Made by a program: the position numbers and the translations under genes
From: Octopus sinensis
Taxonomy: Eukaryota
Reading direction: 5' to 3'
Assembly (NCBI RefSeq): GCF_006345805.1
Contig: NC_043002.1
Coordinates: 46,376,001 to 46,440,000, forward strand
Length of the DNA: 64,000 nt
Notes under the pieces: generated by a model
What the model was told of the DNA's origin: nothing
Database searches by the model: none
What the model saw: the letters and a program-made list of their open reading frames with translations, nothing else
In this document: positions 28,888 to 40,650 of the stretch, piece after piece
Position numbering within the stretch: the stretch's first letter is position 1
Layout of the letters: the number at the start of each line of letters is the position of its first letter

Positions 28888-31800
28888 TTACGTGGCTCCT
28901 CTCACTCGCAGCAACCGTGCCACACGCTTCCATATTTTATCGAACTCACACGCAGACAGACACCTTTTCTCTAACTCCACCTTTCTTTTTAGGTGGAACC
29001 TGAAATAGGTCACCAAGGCGGAGCCAGAGATCACGGTGCCTGTCGTTACCGCTTTCATTCTGGTCTTCCATATACACTCTTTCGCTACTGCTACTGTACT
29101 GAGAAAGCATGCTTACCTTCACTTGTCAAAAAGCTAGGCGAGTCAATTTTTTAATTGTCTCAGCCGATAGCTGTACTCTTCTTCCGTCCGACAACAGGTG
29201 TTCGGCATATACCCACACGTCCGAGACTTCCGGACACTGAACAATAGCGTGCGAGACTGTTTCCAGATCCCGCTCGCATCTTGGGCAGTTCAATGGTCCA
29301 CTCCAACCATGCCTTGTGATTTATCCCGAACGGGTAAAGCTCCTCTGAAACATTGCCAGGTCAAAGACTTCTGGAAGTTATCCAATGTCTTCGGCCCGAA
29401 CGTCCTTCGGAACAGGCTGTCCAACTGATTTCTATCGAGGCCCAAGGTCCTTCCTAAGCATCGTCATTCCGGCCTCTACCAACCTGCTATAGAAAGCTGC
29501 GGTGGTACCAAAGCCGCCGGCATTGCCCGACTTGCGGAAGTGGCAGAGTGCCTTATGGCACTCCGAATACCACATGCTCGATCTAAGTCTGCGACGAAAC
29601 CAGGTTTCTCTGCCACCGAAACTGACAAAGCTGGGGAACATCTGCTTCGCAAGCGGGGACCACACCCGTTCCACCATCCAGTAGAGCCTCCCAAAAGGTG
29701 CCTTAACCTCAGCGCATCTCTGCGCTATCAGAGAAGTCTTTACAAGAGGAGCCTTCCCTTCCACAAAAAGCGGAAGATCTGTCTCTCCAACTTGCTCAAC
29801 CACGAATCCGGACAAGGGACGACAGTCAGGCGGTAGGTGATGACCGATGCTAAAAACACATTGGCCACCTCCGCCTCCCTTTCAAGGACAGCCACCGTCC
29901 GGACCAAGTCCCGACCGCGTGAGCCACCTTGCCCGACACCTCAGACCAGTTCTTTTCTATCTGGAGACCTGGACCAAACCAGATCCCTAGCAGCTTAACC
30001 GGCCCTCCGTCCAGCATCCCACGATGCTATTCGAAGGCATCGACTTGCCCCTCCAGGTGCCGAGTTGCAAGCCGACCGATTTTTCCCGGTTAATCTTTGC
30101 TCCTGTCACCGTCTCGTAAGCCTTGTGGCGTCTCCCACATTACGTAGGAGTTCCACCTCGGTCACGATGATGGTGATGTCGTCCGCATACGATGTCACAG
30201 ATCCTCCACCTCCTGGATTCATCGGGATGGCGCTCAGCTTTCGCAGCAATGGCTCGAGAGCCATCACATACAAAATCGGGAGAGCGGACACCCTTGACGA
30301 ACAGACCGTTTGATGCGGAACGGCTTCGACAGGAAGCCATTCACCCGAACGATCGAGTCGATGTTATCGTACAACTGTATGATCCACCTGAGGAAGCCAA
30401 TGCCGAGACCGAACTGCGCCAGCACGGACACCAGGTACCGATGGTTCACCCTATCAAACGCTTTACTCTGGTCTAAATGGACCAATGCCCCACCCTTGCC
30501 AGAGTCATTCCCAAACCTTTCTATTGTGTAGCGTACTAGGTGAAGATTGTCCTGGATGGTTCTTCCAGGGATCGCACAAGTTTGTGCCTCCCCGATCAGA
30601 CCACCCGCGACACGCGTCAACCTTTTCGCTAACACCTTGGCCAAAATCTTCACCTCTGTGTTTAGCAGTGTGATGGGCCGAAAGTTGTCTATGTTGTCCC
30701 CCTTGCTCGGGTCCTTCCTGATCAGCGTCACCACTCCCCGACGTACAGACCTGGGAATGAACCCATTCTGCCGCCAGTTCGTGAAAACGCCGGCCAGCAC
30801 GTTCCCGAACAAGTCTGGCATTCTTTTATATAGTTCGTAAGGTAAACCATCGATCCCCGGCGCCCTGCCTTCGCCGCAGTCGGCCAGGACCTCGGCAATC
30901 TCCTCAGGCGAGATCGACGCTTCACAGCTCTCCGCATCCTGCCCCGAGAGGCGCGGCAGCCCGGCGAGGATGTCCGTTAGGTCCACCCTCTCCTCCGGTC
31001 CGCCGTCGCCCCCAAAGAGCCGAGCGAAGTGCTCCTGAAACGTCCGACACATCTCCTCTGGTTCGGTGATCACATCGCCTCGCCCGTTCGTCACAGACTT
31101 AATTGTGGAATCGTTTCCACGTTGAGCCTCCACAACTCGTGCCCATCCGGCAGCCTTGATACCCTCGCACCCCATTGCGTGAATTCTAGCTCTGACGATG
31201 CAACCCATATGTTGGGCTTCGAGGTGCTGGTTCAACTCCAGTCTCCTCAGCCTAACCTGGGCCCTATCGCCAGCTCTGATGGCTTCCTCTAAGGCCTTAA
31301 CTAGCCCCATCTCTTTCTTACGCCCGCTAGTTGTTAGACCTATGCTGTATCTAACGGACTCGTATTTGATGGCTCTTTTGAGGGCGTACCACCATTTGTT
31401 GTTAATAATGGAACCGGTTAACGCCCTCTTCACTACTAACTCGATCCGCTTTCTGTACTCCTCAATAGCCAGGAGGGACTTATTGAGTTTCCAGTAGCCG
31501 GATCCCCTACTACCTAACTTATCTAGGTTCAGTTCGCCAGTGACCATCCTGTGATCGCTGTAACTGACCGTGTGAAACTGTGGACACTTAACTAATCCTT
31601 TATCTATTTTTCTAATAAAAATTCTGTCTATGTAAGACCCGACAGACCCGTCGCCACTTAACCACGTCCACTGTGGAGCGTTCGGGAATTCAAGTCTGTA
31701 GGGATCTACTAGCTGAAAGCGACTCAGTAGATCCCGGAAGCCAGCGTTTGGTTTCCTATCTTTCGAGCCAATGCCATCGACGCGCGCGTCGACTATGGCA

Positions 31801-32221
31801 TTAAAGTCCCCTAACATGACTATGGATTTTGACGTGCCAAGAAACTTCTCCAAACCTCGATAAAAATCAGTCTGACCCGTATTAGGTGCATACACCGCCA
31901 CCAGCCTGATTTCTTTACCACAACTGAACGTCAGATCTAAGACGACCAGCCTACCTTCTGAATCAGAAAAAATCAACTTTTTCTCTGCGACACTATCTTT
32001 TTTAAGCAGAACCACCACCCCACTCCCGCCCACATGCCGTCCAGGAGAAATAAATTTCTCGTAGTCTCCATGAGCGGGAGTAGATCTCTTGGCCCTTCGA
32101 TTCGTGTCTCAGTAGCGACAATTACATTTAAATTCCGCGCCCTGATATCGTTTAGTAAACGACCTTGTTTCCAGTTCGCTACCAGGACGCGCACATTTAT
32201 GCAACCAACGTAAACAGCCAT
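28888..32221 (-). pseudogene. LINE ORF2 (APE endonuclease, RT, C-terminal Zn finger), frameshifted as assembled
   Basis: GCINVR, ATETR, MLGDFN, SYIDRIF, SDHRMV (endonuclease); APGIDGL, SKAFDRVNH, RQGCPLS, YADD (RT); CPRCERDLETVSHAIVQC; shifts near 32075, 30270, 30120 and 29750. Confidence 0.92.
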
Positions 32222-32228
32222 AGTTTGC

Positions 32229-33554
32229 CTACCTTATTTCCTCTGGGTCCGGCCGGCGGGGGGTACCCGTCTCTTCTGCCTCAGATGAACGTGGACTCGG
32301 CGCGTTGCTGTTCTTCCTTTCTGCATCCTTCAGGGCATCCTCCATGCTCATTCTGGGTGTGCCTACGTCTTTTCTAAAATCGTTTGCAAACGTGTTGAAC
32401 CCTTTCAGTCCCATCACGTAGCATCTCCAACCTCCACCTTTCGCTTCCATCTCCACCTCCTCGACGTGTTGAGTCTCCACTCTGCGTACCACTTCTCTGT
32501 TTGCGATATTCATCACCACATACACCTTGTTCTCCTTCTCCGGCTTCTTCGCCTTCTTCACTTCTCTCTTCTCTTTGCTTATAATTTTCTCCGGGGAGGG
32601 GTTGTTGTGCTTTCGTTTTGTCGCAGCAACCTGTGACCACCCCTCCCCTACTTCTGTTGCCGCCACTTGAGCACTTGGTTTTGTGGGTACGCTCTTCTCC
32701 TTCTCCGCCGGCTTGCAGTCCTTTTTGATGTGGCCCTTCTTGCCACAGGTGAAACACCTGGGCTTCCGGCTCTCTCCTATTTCGATGACCTCGCCTATCT
32801 CTTCCAAGGCGACCTGCTCTGCCTGTACAATAATTTGTACTTTCTGTCCTTGCCACTTTTTGGCTTCTACCACCGTGGCATCACGCACTTCCATTTGGTC
32901 TTCCAGTCCTGCAGTGACCCCAGCCACTATCAGTTCGGGCTCGATCTCCGGCGGTATGTTGGCAACCGTAATTTTTGAAATACGCCTTCCTCTATAAATA
33001 GGTAGAAGGGTTATTTTGTCTGTTTTCAGGGGTTTCATTGAATGTTCCCTCGCTTCTTCTTCTGTCTTGAACCTGGTTTCCACGGTTCCGTACCTCTTAC
33101 CCCTGGTTAAAAATGTGATTTTATCCCAGATGGGTAGTAGGCACGCCTCCACTTCCTTTTCCGACGAAAAGTCTATTTTCCTTTCCATGTTACGGTATGT
33201 TTTGAATATTACCGTTCTCTTCTCTATCTCTTCGAGAGATTCTTTCGTCTGGTTCAGTTTGATCTTGTACCCGTCTCGAGATACTATCTTTTTCGCTTCT
33301 TCCACCCTTGTTAGGTTAATCCTTCTTTCCTTCGGACTAGCTGCCTCGGCGAAGTTTAGCACCTTCCTTGCCATGCTTGGCACATCTATACTTCTTCTGA
33401 CTCTCCCACTTTCCTCCTCGTCCGAGAAAATGTCGGGTATAGCCATTATTCCTTCCAGGCTGGACATCTCTGGACTAAGGACCTGGGTTTGGTCTTCCGC
33501 TCTGTCCGCCTTCGGGCTGGCCATTATTGGCCTACCCCTCCTCAGCGTCTTCAC
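32229..33554 (-). CDS. LINE ORF1 (gag-like RNA-binding protein with CCHC knuckle), 441 aa
   Basis: Uninterrupted ORF; RCFTCGKKGHIKKDC; stop codon 7 nt upstream of the ORF2 ATG. Confidence 0.88.
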   Translation of the reverse strand: MKTLRRGRPIMASPKADRAEDQTQVLSPEMSSLEGIMAIPDIFSDEEESGRVRRSIDVPSMARKVLNFAEAASPKERRINLTRVEEAKKIVSRDGYKIKLNQTKESLEEIEKRTVIFKTYRNMERKIDFSSEKEVEACLLPIWDKITFLTRGKRYGTVETRFKTEEEAREHSMKPLKTDKITLLPIYRGRRISKITVANIPPEIEPELIVAGVTAGLEDQMEVRDATVVEAKKWQGQKVQIIVQAEQVALEEIGEVIEIGESRKPRCFTCGKKGHIKKDCKPAEKEKSVPTKPSAQVAATEVGEGWSQVAATKRKHNNPSPEKIISKEKREVKKAKKPEKENKVYVVMNIANREVVRRVETQHVEEVEMEAKGGGWRCYVMGLKGFNTFANDFRKDVGTPRMSMEDALKDAERKNSNAPSPRSSEAEETGTPRRPDPEEIR

Positions 33555-33878
33555 TGAAATTAGTCAAACAAATTCGACTAACGAAAAAAAAACAACTTAC
33601 TTTTTTTTTTTCTTTTTGTTTTTAGTAGCAACAGTGACAACTTTATATAGGTGTTGATTAGTCGGGACAAAACATTAAGCCTCGTCAGACAGCCAATTGC
33701 GTGTACATGAACGAATTAAATATAAATGTACATAGCATTATCTTTATAGTTGCTGCTTAATGTGCTTGAATTACTTAATTCTAGTTTGACAGAGCTTTGC
33801 ATATGCCAGCAAATTTATTATTTGTCATTTACATATAAAACGGCAGTTCTTAGTAGACAAGGAACGACAGGTTCGGCC

Positions 33879-34198
33879 TGGAGAAGAGGAGCTTACCACG
33901 GGGAGTGTATGAGAAAAGATGGAAGGAAGTGGAAAGAAAGGTGGGTGTTAGAAACCCAGCTTAACTATGGAGGGAGGAGAGGAAATAAAAGCTGCGGGGC
34001 TTGTAAATTGCCGGGGTTTGAACTGTGATAAGATGCGACTGGTTATACAAAGGACAATTTAGAGACGAATTTTTAATATAAATGTTATAAAAAAAAAAAA
34101 AAATTTTTTTAAAGCGAACCTCTTAATTATTTGTTTTACATGTTTGTTTTGTAATTGTAATTCTATGTGTAAGATTATATAATCATAATAAAGAAATT
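33879..34198 (+). mobile_element. 5'-truncated L1/Tx1-type insertion (ORF2 end plus 3'UTR)
   Basis: EKRSLPRGVYEKRWKEVERKVGVRNPA* aligns with EKRCLSACEFDKIWKRVARLLRVRGAT*; 15-bp TSD ACGACAGGTTCGGCC at 33864 and 34199. Confidence 0.85.
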
Positions 34199-34336
34199 AC
34201 GACAGGTTCGGCCTTTTGTTGGTTTTTTTGGTGTCGGAAAATTTGATTACGTTATTGTTGTGTCGCGGTTGTGAGATCGAATTCGTTGGTGGAAGCGGTT
34301 GCGGCGTGGGGAATTTTTTGGAAGTTTTTCTCGAAA

Positions 34337-35608
34337 ATGCAAACCCAAACGTATGCGGGAATTGCAGTTGGAAGAAGTTATCATCGAGAAGGAGATTTTG
34401 AAGAAATATTTCGACAGCTTAAAGAAGGAAGGTGACTGTGTGAAGGTCACACCATCTGAAGAAGAAGCGAAAGAAGCAGAAAAACGTATTATAACATACA
34501 GAACGTGGAACTTGGCTTCAAAGAAAGTAGAAGTGGCGCCGATAGGGGAGATTGAGTGCTGTCTGAATGGAGTTGAAGGAGAGCCTACCTTCTATAATAG
34601 AGGTAGAAAATACGCAACAGTGGTCGTTCTTTTTAAAAACGAAGACGAAGCGAAGAAGAGTGCCACGCAAATACTGAAAACAGAAAAATGGATGTTATTA
34701 CCAAGTTATCGTGGAAAAAGGGTAGTAAGAATACGAATCAGTAAGATTTCGCCGGAGCTGAATATGGAAAGAATCTTAGCGGCAGTGATATTCAACTGCA
34801 AAGAAAGCGTTGAAATATTGAAAGTGGAAAAGTCAAAAGATATACAGTGGTGGGGTTATGCGGTGCAGGCGTTGATCCATATAACCATGCCAGACCTGTA
34901 TAACATTCCAGAGGAGTTGGTGTTCCCCGACGAGACACGACTCAGAGTCGTGGTAGAGGGAAGACCCCCTGTGTGCTACAAATGCAAAATTAGAGGCCAC
35001 ATGAAAGATGGGTGTCCGACGAGAACATTGGAGGCGCAGACAGAGATATTGCAGATGGCGGATGAAGAATGTGTGAACACAGAAAATGTGGAAAGTGGTG
35101 ACGAGTTGGAGAAACAGAAGGAAAAGAAGATAGAACGAGGGTGGAATCACCACCTAAAGTTCAAAAAAAGAAAAAAGCGAAAAATAAGACTACAGACGAG
35201 ATGGAAGATCGAACGTGCGAAGATAAGAATGCAAAAGCGAAAGCGAGAGAACCGGCAAATTTAACGGCAAACCAAGAATGAGAAAGAAGTGTGGAAGAGA
35301 AGTTACAAGTATGTAAAGAAGGAGGAAGACCCGAAGGAAAAAATCTTAAAGTAGTAATATTGTATATGAAAGACAAAGAAATCGAAAAGAGACTGGCAGG
35401 TAAGAAAGGTTTAATCAGGGTTAGGTTGAACCCAAAAATATTTGATGACCAAGTGAAGTCGGCGGTCGTAGAGAAAGAGACATTTATGAAATTGAAAAGT
35501 GTGTTTTCGACTGTTTGTGAAATGCAATATATCCGTTACGACAGTTTGCCAGCGATTGTAGACCAGGAGAAGTTAATAGAATACATTACAGATGAACGCC
35601 CAGTATAG
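34337..35608 (+). pseudogene. Second L1/Tx1-type ORF1 with no recognisable ORF2
   Basis: EKRIITYRTW...RGRKYATV...LLPSYRGKR aligns with EKRTVIFKTY...RGKRYGTV...LLPIYRGRR; VCYKCKIRGHMKDGC knuckle; ~2 frameshifts and a TGA near 35279. Confidence 0.85.
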
Positions 35609-37249
35609 CAGAATTGTATTTTAAATGAAACTACGAGTTTTGGGGGGCTCGTAAGCCATTCCATTTAATTCATTACAAATAATTCATTTTCATATCATAT
35701 TTTTCGATTTTTTTTATTATCTGTATCCCACGTCCTGTTTTGCAGCCATCGTGCCTATAATAAAGATTTAATGAACGACGGGTTCGGTGTCTGTAGCTAG
35801 TGAAGCATAACCACACAGAAACATGTTCATTGCCATCATTTATAGTCCAGCTCATTGTTTATCAAAAATATTCCTGTTTCGAAACAGTTACCGCAGTGGA
35901 AGTCTTTCTACATTTAAATGTATCCGAACGTGTTGAATATGAATGCTTACAGCTTTAACCAATGACCTTCAACAACTACACATCAAAGTTAATGACTGGT
36001 ATCAGAAAAAAAAAACTATCTAATGAAGTTTGTTGATTACATATCAGTCAAACTCAACATGGAGCAAATTCAGCGAGAAGAAAATAGACCAGATCTGAAT
36101 GTTGAATAGGAGGAAGGAATTTAACTCGGTCAAGCATCAGGTCAGCCGTTATCCAGCAATCAGCTGTTTGCCAGTCATATTTGTGAACATTAAAGGTCTA
36201 AAGCTACACTATAACTATACTATAGCAAATGACACATTGCACACACAATATCTCTCCTCCATCTCTGTCATGTTTATATGATTACGGAACAGGTTTTAAA
36301 CCACACAACTGTAGCAAAAGAACAGTCTTTCGCTTCTCCATTCTGGATCATCGTGTCCAGTACAATCTTTCAACAATAAACATAAACGAAAATTTTTCGA
36401 CGACTCTTCTCAGCCATTCATTGTTGATGTCCTGAAAAGTGCAAGGAAACTTTTCATTAGTTATACTAGATATGTTTGTTGTGCAAAGGCTGCTAATTAG
36501 TTGTATTTCTTTTCATGTTTACAGAACTCATTTAAAGTCAGCGCGTACAATATTAAAAATCAACGCTATATAATTAAAGTAGGGTACATATAAACATGTA
36601 TGTACCTCCTTTCGAACTGTCTCACATTAAAAAAAAACAAAAAGGTTTTATAGTAAAATCATCTTTATTTGCATTCATTTGTATATTCTAAACTATTTAA
36701 AGCATGCATTGCATACATGCAGAAAACGCCACTGATACGTATGTGCATTTGTATAGTGTGAAAAGAGTAATTAGATGCTGCTTTTCGCTTGTATTGCATA
36801 GTGTATACGTTACGTAGTTACTTCTGTACAAATATATCTATGTATACGGCATGACTGAAATGAATAAAAGAATATGTATGTGTGTATATTAGATACGAAA
36901 TTGTGGTTGACCCTCTGGCTGATAAATGATGAGGAGTTGGCGACCATCTGTGTCTGTTTTCCGTTAGTTTGTGCATTTATTATGTGTCTTTTTACTCATT
37001 ATTTAATGCAACGCTACATACTGCAAAAATAAAAATGTGTGTGCGTGTGGATGTCTTATAGATCATTTAGAATAATTGAGCAGTAGCTTTAAATGACTGT
37101 TTAACTAGTTCAGTAGCTAGTTTAAAATGGGCGTTACTGCTTCAGAAAGCATTTGAATTGCTGCATCCAGCGTTGAGTGAAGGCCTTCTGAACCTTTTGG
37201 GACATTTATCCCCTACAGTGTTGTATAAACAACTCTTTTAGGCAGTACT

Positions 37250-37862
37250 ATAAGGAAGAATCCATAACTACGGGGTCGCAGACCAGTACCGGGCCGTGGA
37301 TCACTTGGTACCAGGCCGCACAGAAATAATAAATTTTAAAATTTTATTTGTTTTGTTGACTATCGGGTACTTTTTGGTTATTTCACCTCATTAAAAAATT
37401 GCGTTATCTCCTCCAACTGAAAAATTGCTCAACCCTCAATAAAACAAAAAAAAAAATTAAAAATTAATAAACATGGAAAGTGAAAAGATTAAACATCTTA
37501 TTGAATCTGATAATATTTTTATAACAAATCATACCATGCCTTTTGAGGAGGCCAAAAGTCAACAATATGTTGAGATATTGAATCAAAAGGATCTAACCCT
37601 TTTAATCCAATCTCTTGTCACCACATTAACTCAACTTGGGGAGATAACCCAATTTTTAATGGCATTTTTTAATGGGGTGAGATATCCAAAAAGTACCGAC
37701 TATCGCAGTTCGTAGGGTGTTTTTGCATTATATTATGTATATGATATTTATGTATTATATATGCAATGATTAATTATATTACTTTATTGTAGTTCCTAGA
37801 ACCGGGAAAAAATTGTCATCCATAAAAAAGGTCTGTGGCGCAAAAACAATTGGGGACCGCTG
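37250..37862. mobile_element. hAT/Charlie-like non-autonomous element (decayed left end)
   Basis: Right end ttggggaccgctg; left cggggtcgcagaccagtaccgggccgtgg; no TSD found. Confidence 0.55.
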
Positions 37863-38209
37863 CTTAGACACTAGGGATACAAATAGAGAAAAAATAGAGA
37901 TTGACTGAAAAGGGATTGGGCATCGTCGGTTTAGCTTGTAGGTTTATTGTTTACATTCAAGTTAGCTCTGATCGAACAAATCTATAATTGTATATACATC
38001 CCAGCTGTGACCATACCATCTTTTTATACGGTGCGGCGAAATAGCAGAGTTATTACAACGTCAGAGACAATGGTTTGTAGTATTCGTTCTTACTCTCAAC
38101 ATTCTGAGTTCAAATCCCATCGAAGTCAACTTTACTTTTCATCTCTTCAGGGTCAATAAAATAACAGTCTATTATTGGAGTCGATTCTCCTTCCCACCCC
38201 CTCACTCTT

Positions 38210-38492
38210 TCCATGAGCCCAATGACTCATAAGGCCGGAGCTTAACTCAGTTTCCATGACATATAAGTGACTCAGATTGCGGCACTCCTCGCTGAATGGG
38301 GCACTGGTCCTATCACAGGGTTAACTTTCAAGTTAATGTTGTAACTCATTTACAGCTGAGTATACTAAAGCAACGTGAAATGAAGTGTCTTGTTCAAGAA
38401 CACAGCGCACTCCCCGGTCCGGGAACTGAAACTACGTACGACTGCATGATCGTGAGTGCAACACACTAACCACTTATACTACACGCCTTCAC
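38210..38492 (-). mobile_element. tRNA-derived SINE (family D)
   Basis: Reverse complement gtgaaggcgtg...agtggttagtgtg...ttcagttcccggacc...gtgttcttgaacaagacactt. Confidence 0.7.
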
Positions 38493-38530
38493 GCTATATC
38501 TGTAATGAGAGGAAGGTATTCCGTCAAGTT

Positions 38531-38765
38531 TAAGGCGGCGAGCTGGCAGAAACGTTAGCACGCTGGGCGAAATGCTTCGCGGTATTTCGTTTGCCGTTAT
38601 GTTCTGAGTTCAAATTCCGCCGAGCAGTAGACTTTGCCTTTCATCCTTTCGGGGTCGATTAAATAAGTACCAGTTACGCACTGGGATCAATATAATCGAC
38701 TTAATCCGTTTGTCTGTCCTTGTTTGTCCTCTCTGTGTTTAGCCCCATGTGGGTAGTAAAGAAAT
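38531..38765 (+). mobile_element. SINE family B, young full-length copy
   Basis: ggcggcgagctggcagaaacgttagc...gagttcaaattcc...gccccatgtgggtagtaaagaaat; 17-bp TSD AGGTATTCCGTCAAGTT at 38514-38530 and 38766-38782. Confidence 0.95.
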
Positions 38766-40074
38766 AGGTATTCCGTCAAGTTACGAGGCTATCCAAGGGT
38801 TCAAGGCAAGACAAGGTTTTAATTTGATGTGTAGTGTACCTAAGCCTGCATTATCTAATGTATCCGTTTGTTTTTAAGACAGTAAGGTGAAGGAGATTTG
38901 GCGATAATTTGTAGTTTGTCGAATGGTCGCGTAGAAGTCCCATTTGTTTCTCTAGTGTAGCCACAGAATTCAAGAAAAATAGAGCCAATTCAGAGCAAAA
39001 AGAAGGAAAAAATGGTATGTTGATGAACTATGCGAAAAAAAAAAAATACCAGGCTCTTCGTCGGAGAAACTGTTAAAGGTTCGAAACATTAACTTTAAAA
39101 ATGTAAATTTAAAAAATAACAATAACGTTTGTTGATAAACGTAAGTCCGGCTGATTATTCTTCATTGTCAATTAATATACAGTTTAGATGACAGACGTTT
39201 GTTGTTAAGCAGGCAGTTAGTAGGTAGTCTTATTAGCTACTTGGCTGCTAAGCTATGCTTCGTAGGCAGACTGACTGGTTGGCTGGTTGGTAATTTAGCT
39301 TGTGTGTCGTAATTTGGTTCATAAATCTGAGTAAGTTTGTATACAGTTTAAGAAAAGAGAATCCTGGTGTTATTCTCTCACACGAAAGGCTTACCCCGAA
39401 ATCTTTCCATGGTATATGAACTTATCCAAATTTACGAAACTTCACTAAATAATTTTTCCTGACACTATTATCTAGTTTTATTCACAACATTAAAGAAACA
39501 AGTCTAATATATTAAGTAGTAAAGTGAGCAGTTTTTATATTGGATGAATGTCCAATTGGAGGTTCAGATGTTAGCAAGTGCTAGGCAATGTGTCATCAAT
39601 TTGTTCATAGAATAGACCTTGAAAAAGTACAAATGTCTTATTTCAGAAGTAGAATTCCTATACTTTGTACACAGTAGGTTATTCACCTTTCCCTGTTTTT
39701 TTCTTGTTCATTTCACTTGCTATACAACAGACTTGACATGCTTGGGATCATGAAGTCAGAAATTGGCTTTGAACTCAGTACAAGGACAGGAGACGAATAT
39801 TCTCCCTGGACGTTTGTGACTGTAGATAAAACCTCTAAAAGGACTGCTACTTAATTCCCACTTGAACTGCGATATATGTGCCACTTAAAGATGCGGTCAT
39901 ACTAATATACACACGTATGTGTTTGCGAATCCTTTTAATTTCATATATAGTTCGATTTTATTCCAAGTTTGCACACAGATGTAGTTTTACATGCCAATTA
40001 CGAAAATCACAATTTTTTGAAGCAATTTATAATAAAAACTTAAACTCTTTTAAATTTGAATTTTTCTTTAAATT

Positions 40075-40650
40075 GATCTTTTCACTTTGACCGGCAGATT
40101 TTAAAAATAATTTCTTTGTAACTAAACACTTCGTATACTGGTAGTGTGTTACATAAAACATCTTTTTCTCTTGGCTTTCTTGAGAAAATTCTGTAGTTTG
40201 TAAGCTATTTGTTGTTTAATTTCGGCAATTTCAACCAATCAATGACGTCAATTGAGGTGAATACAATATCTGCCGTATTTTGTCAACAACATTTTCTGGC
40301 GGTGTCATATGAATTTGTCACTGCTATTTATGAGAAAAAAGATACACTGTGGCCATAAACTGAGTGGTCATTCGTAAACAGAGCTGGATAACAAAACCGT
40401 TCCCTCTTTAGTGTCCACCCATAATTATGACCCTAGTATCGATCTTTTGCATTTCAATCTGTTTTAGGGTCAGGGTTAGGGTTGGAGGGAAATTAAAACT
40501 GCATATGTTGTGAACTCAGAATATGTGTTTATTAATAAAAGTTTAAAACGATAATATTTTATTCATACGAACGTAACTGATATGAAATATGTCATAAATA
40601 ACAGTGACAAATTCATATGACACCGCCAGAAAATGTTGTTGACAAAATGG
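40075..40650. mobile_element. Composite MITE related to 14588-15008
   Basis: 40075-40265 is colinear with 14590-14790; ~55-bp inverted repeat at ~40280-40335 / ~40595-40650; 40415-40480 is an inverted copy of 14895-14955. Confidence 0.75.

Larger units (their letters stand above)
28634..33700 (-). mobile_element. Near full-length L1/Tx1-clade LINE (5067 bp)
   Basis: ORF1 plus ORF2; perfect 17-bp TSD GTGTACATGAACGAATT at 28617-28633 and 33701-33717. Confidence 0.95.

Noticed and set aside
29198-33657. Numerous overlapping antisense ORFs (e.g. 33016-33657, 30065-31497)
   Set aside because: They are shadow ORFs of the GC-richer LINE coding strand.
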